DNA from: Amoeboradix gromovi X-113
Lineage: Eukaryota > Fungi > Sanchytriomycota
DNA length: 6,985 bases
NCBI GenBank assembly: GCA_018985225.1
Contig: JADGIF010000535.1
Coordinates: 1-6,985, forward strand
Direction of reading: 5' to 3'
The notes under the pieces: generated by a model
What the model saw: only the letters and a program-made list of their open reading frames with translations
What the model was told of the DNA's origin: nothing
Databases searched by the model: none
Made by a program: the position numbers and the translations under genes
Shown here: positions 1 to 5,186 of the stretch, piece after piece
Position numbering within the stretch: position 1 is the stretch's first letter
How the letters are laid out: each line of letters begins with the position of its first letter

Positions 1-2
1 TG

Positions 3-287
3 TTTTTCTCAATGAAAGTGTCTCGAATAACAATAAAATGGCATGTAATCGCAATTTATGGTTTATTCAGCTCAAGTCTCACGCTGTTTGTGAATTATAA
101 GATGTTTGAATATTTCATCTTCAAAGACCTCTGATATATTGTGGTTATTGTGTATAGGCTTAGCTACGCTATGGTGACACTAGTTCTGTATTCAGCTGTT
201 CAGGAAATAGCCATTGTTTTTCCAAGAATACATCCGCTAAGAAATCGGGTTCCTTTGTCTTGCAAAGAAAACGAAGATAATTCCTGA
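3..287 (+). pseudogene. Possible 3' fragment of a multi-pass membrane protein gene with an internal TGA at 132-134 (or a gene that simply ends at 134)
   Basis: My translation of frame +3 from the window edge: FFSMKVSRITIKWHVIAIYGLFSSSLTLFVNYKMFEYFIFKDL*YIVVIVYRLSYAMVTLVLYSAVQEIAIVFPRIHPLRNRVPLSCKENEDNS*. One TM-like hydrophobic segment lies on each side of the stop. No family recognised. Confidence 0.3.
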
Positions 288-354
288 TACAAAATGAAGT
301 TGCGTATGATGCCGCTAGAAAAAAGCTACCTGGAGTTCTAAGGATGGTTTTAGG

Positions 355-792
355 CTAAAAAGAGAAGTCAATGCAAGAATCAAAGTAGCCATTATATTTT
401 GTTGAATGATTGATTATTACACTCAGCCTCAAAACGCATTTTTCACAATTTATAGGAATCTCATCCAGATTCACATGGACATAGTCGTCCAGCAAGCAGT
501 TTTGACCAATTTTAAGCAAGGAGGACGATTGAGTGTTTCTGTCTGCAATCCACCAATAGCAATTGCCTATCGGCTTGAAATTATCATCGTACTTGTCCTT
601 GTGAATCTTAAACGTGTTTAGACCTCTTTTCAACAATCTCATCTCTACTCTTGGTATTCCAAGACAAGTTTTAGGGTATATCTTCAGCTTACTCTTGCTG
701 TAAAATCTATATTCTTCTGGAACGTGGACCGACTCTCGCCCAGCATCAATATAAAAGATGGCTGTCACGATTGATATTAGAACCATCAACAT
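355..792 (-). CDS. Putative secreted 145-aa protein with 6 Cys; C-terminus resembles the LPMO/chitin-binding-type beta-sandwich
   Basis: ATG start, hydrophobic N-terminus MLMVLISIVTA, TAG stop. The C-terminal IPINCEKCVLRL...YFDSCIDFSF matches the P-x-x-C-x-x-C-V-L...C-x-D-hydrophobic ending typical of AA15-like LPMO folds (recognised by eye). The CDS is better supported than the family call. Confidence 0.7.
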   Translation of the reverse strand: MLMVLISIVTAIFYIDAGRESVHVPEEYRFYSKSKLKIYPKTCLGIPRVEMRLLKRGLNTFKIHKDKYDDNFKPIGNCYWWIADRNTQSSSLLKIGQNCLLDDYVHVNLDEIPINCEKCVLRLSVIINHSTKYNGYFDSCIDFSF

Positions 793-1190
793 TACTCAGA
801 TGACCTGTCAAAAGATGTATCAAAAAAAAGCCAATCAAATTGCAGTTAATTTATTTCTCGCAGTAAACAATTTTAATCTACAAACAACTTATCTTTGGTA
901 ATCCCATGGTCGCGCGCTCTTCAGAATTGGTGCAAAATTGAATTTTGTTTGAATGGTTGTATTAACGCTGCACTCACTATGAGCCTGGATCTGGACTCGT
1001 TTTCAGTTGATGAAAAACATCATCGATTTTTTATGCATTCAGAAAAGTTAGAGACAGAGTGCATTGGAGCGATACTGCCCATTTAATCACATAAGGATTT
1101 ATTCCATAAAAACAGATAGCGGCTTTAAACATTTTGCAACCAACAGTCTGTATCGACGGTGCTTCAGGAATGGGTCATTTTTAGTTCTTG

Positions 1191-1228
1191 ATTTTTCATT
1201 TTCCATTTTTCCATTTTTTCACTTTTAG
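1191..1228 (+). repeat. Degenerate pyrimidine-rich tandem repeat (about 5 copies of CATTTT(T)C-like units) ending in TAG
   Basis: atttttc attttcc atttttcc attttttc acttttag, read directly from the sequence. Confidence 0.7.
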
Positions 1229-1319
1229 GTGCTGGATTACCGCACTCGAATTGTTTCGAATTACGTAAAAATTTAAATGTTTCAGATTGCTACCAGGTCA
1301 TCCTCTACCAATTTCAGAT

Positions 1320-2630
1320 ATGTCAAATGTCACTCTACTGAATTGCATTGGGTTTATTAGAAACAATCCAAAGCTGTATTTCGAGTATCATCTATTCACA
1401 AAGGAATCCCAAACTCACATCTTATACGCATATGATAACGAAGTTATAATTTTGAATTTGGTAACAAACATAAAGCAAGTTTTGCAGGGTCATCAGCATC
1501 CAATAGAGCACACTTATTTTAGTAACAACACGATATATTCAGTAGACTCTTGCAAGATGATCTCTTGGAACACTTTTGGAGTAGCTTTGCAGGAGTGTAA
1601 TATTCTCAGTCGCACTTTCAATGTCTTCGCAGAGGACTCTAAAATCATGTTATGCGCCCATCAGAATGGCACCTTGTTCTACAGTCTGCATGAAGAAATA
1701 TTCCAGATTGATGAATTTGAAGCCGATTCTGCAACGTGCTCTGGTCATTTTGTAGCTGCAATCAAGGACTGCAGAATGGTATTTTACGATATTGCAAGCA
1801 AAACTAAAATAACGAAAAACTACAAGTCCAAAATATTAAAATGTCATTTACTCGAATCCACACTAATTGTTATACTCTACAACGGACAAACGATAAAATA
1901 CGATTATTTGTGTTGTCGGCTCTTGAAGGTTATAGACATCCATTTTCTAAAGCCTGTGTCTGTTGTTATTGAAGATGCCATTTACATTATTACTGCCGAA
2001 AAGGTTTTGAAGATAGGATTTGACTTCAAACTGCAGTACACTATAGATGTACCAAATATCACCAATATTAGCTCGCTATACTACGACGATTTAAGGTATG
2101 TTGAGTACGTCTATTGCACCACCGAGTCGCTGTATCGGTTTGTTAAGATAAAAGATATTCCTCACATTCACATTGAAGAAATTTCGACCATATTCGGTAA
2201 AATCAACAAGGTTATACTGGTGCGAGATGACTTAGTCGTACTAGACGATAAACGGCTACATTTCATTCAAAACACACTCATATCCAGCAAAAATGAGGTT
2301 TACCACGATGGAATTTGCGTTGGAGAAGATCTGATCCTGAGGAGAAATCAATGTTTGCAATTAAACGAGGCCAGCCTAGATATCGATGAGCCATTTGTTT
2401 TTGGCGGGTTTGCAACCAAAGAGTTCTCAATAATAACAAAATCTAAAGTTATCGTTTTAGACAAAGAACTAAACACCAAGTCCATTATTCACTGCGGCAA
2501 CATAATAAAAACTATGATTTACTTCAATCGTGTTTATATTCTCAAGGATAAGATCATAGAATACCAAAGTCTAACAAATGCAGATATACACAAGAAATCC
2601 ATGTTTAGAAAATTTAATGAATCGATGTAA
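1320..2630 (+). CDS. Divergent WD40/beta-propeller protein (436 aa); N-terminus resembles the CFAP52/CFAP251/WDR90/EML group
   Basis: Long uninterrupted ORF. The first ATG is at 1320; the track's TTG start at 1287 is unlikely in a eukaryote. It contains LLNCIGF...HILYAYDNEVIILNLVTNIKQVLQGH...MISWN (a GH...WN WD repeat), followed by many short beta-strand-like segments such as MVFYDI and TIKYDY. Confidence 0.8.
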   Translation: MSNVTLLNCIGFIRNNPKLYFEYHLFTKESQTHILYAYDNEVIILNLVTNIKQVLQGHQHPIEHTYFSNNTIYSVDSCKMISWNTFGVALQECNILSRTFNVFAEDSKIMLCAHQNGTLFYSLHEEIFQIDEFEADSATCSGHFVAAIKDCRMVFYDIASKTKITKNYKSKILKCHLLESTLIVILYNGQTIKYDYLCCRLLKVIDIHFLKPVSVVIEDAIYIITAEKVLKIGFDFKLQYTIDVPNITNISSLYYDDLRYVEYVYCTTESLYRFVKIKDIPHIHIEEISTIFGKINKVILVRDDLVVLDDKRLHFIQNTLISSKNEVYHDGICVGEDLILRRNQCLQLNEASLDIDEPFVFGGFATKEFSIITKSKVIVLDKELNTKSIIHCGNIIKTMIYFNRVYILKDKIIEYQSLTNADIHKKSMFRKFNESM

Positions 2631-2817
2631 TCCGTCCAGGGTCAATTTTTAATCAATTTTCGAAAATCGTAAAGGGCGTTTACGTTTATTCGAAAGAGAT
2701 AATCATAAGACAAAACTCATCTTACCTTGCTTTTGCTAATCTAATTACTGATACCATTTAATTCTTTTTAACCATTGCAAAAAGCCCCGTTATTTAAACT
2801 TTTCTTTGAAATGTGAT

Positions 2818-3117
2818 TTATTGAAACAGTAGCGCACCGACAACAGATACGCTAACCATTAAAGTAGATCCACTGGAGTAACCGTCAGCCGGTGAATAAT
2901 GTGGTGTTTCACTTTCAGTTGCGACTGGTGCTTCCGTTTCCACAGGTACATATCCTGGTTTGTGCGGTTTCTCATGATGCTTCGGCTTTGGTCTATATTC
3001 ACCATGTCCAGCATGCGGTTCTGGCTCACTATGTGGTTCATGATGCGGTTCTGGCTCACTATGATGCGATGGTGGGGCATGTGTTGTAGCGAAGGCCATT
3101 GCAATAAACGCGTTCAT
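2818..3117 (-). CDS. His/Pro/Glu-rich small cell-surface protein, putatively GPI-anchored (99 aa)
   Basis: N-terminal signal MNAFIAMAFA; repeated HSEPEPH; Thr/Glu/Pro stalk; small-residue omega-like site (SSG) followed by the hydrophobic tail STLMVSVSVVGALLFQ; TAA stop. Confidence 0.85.
   Translation of the reverse strand: MNAFIAMAFATTHAPPSHHSEPEPHHEPHSEPEPHAGHGEYRPKPKHHEKPHKPGYVPVETEAPVATESETPHYSPADGYSSGSTLMVSVSVVGALLFQ
3013..3063. repeat. Perfect 21-bp direct repeat (30-bp period) inside the His-rich gene
   Basis: atgcggttctggctcactatg at 3013-3033 and 3043-3063; encodes HSEPEPH twice on the minus strand. Confidence 0.95.
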
Positions 3118-3318
3118 TTATCTACTGATTCAAGATTTCATTTTATGGGAAAAATATCCTTGCAATTAGGAATAAAAATATAGCATATCCAATGAAAATT
3201 GCGGGTCACTTCACGGTGAAATATTGTTTACAAACAGTTGAAATTCAATGATTCCATTTGTCTCTTGATAATACATTTGAGACTATATCAAACTATTTAT
3301 TTTTTGCAACACTTTGAA
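3118..3318. promoter_or_regulatory. Probable compact bidirectional promoter
   Basis: 201 bp between divergent ATGs (3117 - and 3319 +); CCAAT at 3189-3193 and a GC-rich patch gcgggtcacttcacggtg at 3201-3218. Confidence 0.5.
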
Positions 3319-4125
3319 ATGTCAGCATCTCCATTAAGCTGCTGTAAAGGTTTCTTAGATTTAGGAACACCACAAGGAACTGTAACTAAATATGCTAACC
3401 AGATTTGCTATATATCCAAACCAAAAAAAGAGAGTAAGAGGGCAATTGTTATCGGGACGGACATTTTTGGATTTCGGCTAACTAACGTGCAGTTACTTGC
3501 TGACCAATTTGCTGCTCAGGGTTATCTAACAATAGTGCCTGACCTCTTTAACGATAAAGCATTTAGTGCTTCTGCATTGGACCCAATTATAGGATTGGGA
3601 TTAAATGAATCAGTTTCTGTTTTTGCATACTGTCATAATATCTTCCTTAAATTTTGGGCTCTGTTGACGTTTTTACCTTTCGTTCCGTACTTTTTTCTCA
3701 AAAACCCACCAGAATCCAAGATTCTGAAATTTGTGAAAATTTTTGAAGAGTTGCGAAGAAATAGATACTCAATTGGGTATCAAGGCTATTGCTATGGTGG
3801 AATGATTTCAATGATGTTAAGCACCACCAATCTAGTCGACGCCGTATCAGCCGCCCATCCTGGGAAATTTGATATTTCTGTTTTTAAAAGCGAATTTAAA
3901 ACAAATACCCTCTTGTTACTCGTCAAAGAAGACATTCATATTAGGGAAAAGCAGCAAGCGGAACTGTTAGCATTCGCAAAGACCAGAAAGGATTTTATTG
4001 TTGAACTATTTGCTTTTCATCATGGATTTGCTGTGCGCGGGGACACTCGCAAAGATGATGTCAGAATGGCGAAAGAAAAGGCATTTAATTTGGCACTAGA
4101 GCACTTTAATAAACATGTTAATTGA
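3319..4125 (+). CDS. Dienelactone hydrolase family alpha/beta-hydrolase (fungal AIM2-like), 268 aa
   Basis: The first ATG at 3319 gives the typical fungal start CCKG...GTPQG. Motifs TDIFG, LLADQFAAQGY, VPDLF, nucleophile elbow GYCYGG, AHP, candidate catalytic Asp in EDI, HGFAVRGD, and C-terminal FNKHV. TGA stop. Confidence 0.95.
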   Translation: MSASPLSCCKGFLDLGTPQGTVTKYANQICYISKPKKESKRAIVIGTDIFGFRLTNVQLLADQFAAQGYLTIVPDLFNDKAFSASALDPIIGLGLNESVSVFAYCHNIFLKFWALLTFLPFVPYFFLKNPPESKILKFVKIFEELRRNRYSIGYQGYCYGGMISMMLSTTNLVDAVSAAHPGKFDISVFKSEFKTNTLLLLVKEDIHIREKQQAELLAFAKTRKDFIVELFAFHHGFAVRGDTRKDDVRMAKEKAFNLALEHFNKHVN

Positions 4126-4147
4126 TTTGCAATTAATAACATGTTAA
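4106..4147 (+). repeat. Near-perfect direct repeat bracketing the hydrolase stop codon
   Basis: TTAATAAACATGTTAA (4106-4121) and TTAATAACATGTTAA (4133-4147); they differ by one A. Confidence 0.7.
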
Positions 4148-4329
4148 AGCTTCGTCTTAAAAGCATTGAAAATGCTTACAAAAAAGAGCAAATTTTTAAT
4201 GTTTTTCTGGAGACTTCTTGAGATTGCCAGGTTCATTACCATACAGGAAAGCATTTAAAAATGATTTTAACTATGAACCACTAGTAAACCCTGTTGGTAC
4301 TTTACAAAGTTCAGTAACACTGGTTAATT

Positions 4330-5010
4330 TTATTTTGTTCAATACTCGTCAAAAGTCCCGATTTCTGAGAATATCTGGAATTTTCACAGAGATGCTAGTA
4401 GTGCTAGTAAACCAGTTACAGCAATTGCTCACGCTTTCACTACCCTGAGGCGGGGTAGAATTTGGATCAATTCCTCAGTGTTGATAATGTATGCTGTACA
4501 TGTTAGTTATTAATCTAGATTTGACATATTCAGGATTACATCCATTGATTTCATTAGCAATTAGCGAAAATGAAGAATATTGAGTATTTAACCTATTGGA
4601 AAAATGTAGAAAAGTCATGCAGTAATAAAAATACATACAAATTCGCGATAAATGATTTATTCAAGAAAATAATTGAGCTGTCGTAATAAAATAGTTAAGC
4701 TGTAATGCTTATTTTGCCATACTCATTATCTTTTTCTCTAGTCATATTTTGGAGTGCTGCAATGATTGACATAACCATCATGAATGAATAACAAACAGAG
4801 AAAATAAGTGATACTAATTTTTGCTGCAGTGATAAGAATAGATAGAATGGAGAAAGTCAATTACTTGGTGGTTGGCACAACGATCCATGTTAGTAGATAT
4901 CCAGAAGTGTCTAGAAGGATGTTGACGAGTGATTGTCTCGTGTCAATAATAAAACATCAAAGTTTTCGATTGGGAATCACAATTCTCCTATAAACAGAAA
5001 ATATGTGCAT
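4330..5010 (-). pseudogene. Possible heavily decayed multi-pass membrane protein gene
   Basis: Hydrophobic protein-like fragments alternate among the three minus frames: LSPFYLFLSLQQKLVSLIFSVCYSFMMVMSIIAALQ... (4856-4695), INHLSRICMYFYYCMTFLHFSNRL... (4660-4478), CTAYIINTEELIQILPRLRVVKA*AIAVTGLLALLASL*KFQ... (4500-4330). An ATG is at 5010. T-rich strands give hydrophobic translations by chance, so support is weak and boundaries are approximate. Confidence 0.3.
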
Positions 5011-5065
5011 AATTCGATTAAGTCTGAAAATCAAAGTTAACAGCCAAGAGCTTGAAAGGGCTTAG

Positions 5066-5169
5066 ATTGGAGGGGGGCGGCAAGGTCAAATGTACTGTGT
5101 TTAAATATGCTTGAGTCATTTCCGCAGAGTCTCCCCAAGCGCTGATTTTATAATGATAAAAATTTAAAT
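5066..5169 (+). promoter_or_regulatory. Putative Pol II promoter of ribophorin I
   Basis: Cluster of ATTGG (reverse CCAAT, 5066-5070), GGGCGG (5075-5080), TGAGTCA (AP-1/Gcn4 consensus, 5112-5118), TTTTATAA (5146-5153) and TAAAAATTTAAAT (5157-5169), all within about 120 bp of the ATG. Confidence 0.5.
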
Positions 5170-5186
5170 CAAATCTCCTCATCGCA

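Noticed and set aside
406-621. 71-aa plus-strand ORF
   Set aside because: Antisense shadow of the 355-792 gene; non-ATG start and no motifs.
895-1086. 63-aa ORF in the divergent intergenic region
   Set aside because: TTG start, only a short ATG-initiated portion, no recognisable features.
1287-1319. TTG-initiated extension of the WD40 ORF
   Set aside because: Eukaryotic context; family-like sequence begins right after ATG 1320.
2621-2761. Open alternative frame after the WD40 stop (IDVIRPGSIFNQFSKIVKGVYVYSKE...) as a spliced or frameshifted continuation
   Set aside because: The GT..AG pairs I tested (2603 or 2627 to 2639) do not join into this frame, and an open stretch of this length can arise by chance. 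An assembly indel cannot be excluded.
2859-3183. Three extra ORFs overlapping the His-rich gene (2859-3104 -, 2892-3089 +, 2899-3183 +)
   Set aside because: Explained by repetitive, GC-richer His/Pro/Glu codons that lack stops in other frames. Only 2818-3117 has a coherent signal, stalk and GPI-tail architecture.
3238-3318. TTG-initiated 27-aa extension of the hydrolase
   Set aside because: Fungal DLH proteins begin at the M...CC.G motif, which matches ATG 3319.
355-4125. Functional cluster for surface copper handling (LPMO-like protein, His-rich GPI peptide, hydrolase)
   Set aside because: Only adjacency supports it. The genes are interleaved with an unrelated WD40 gene, the LPMO-like protein lacks His1, and no transporter is present.
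4218-4993. Plus-strand ORFs 4218-4448 and 4808-4993
   Set aside because: Short, non-ATG starts, no motifs.
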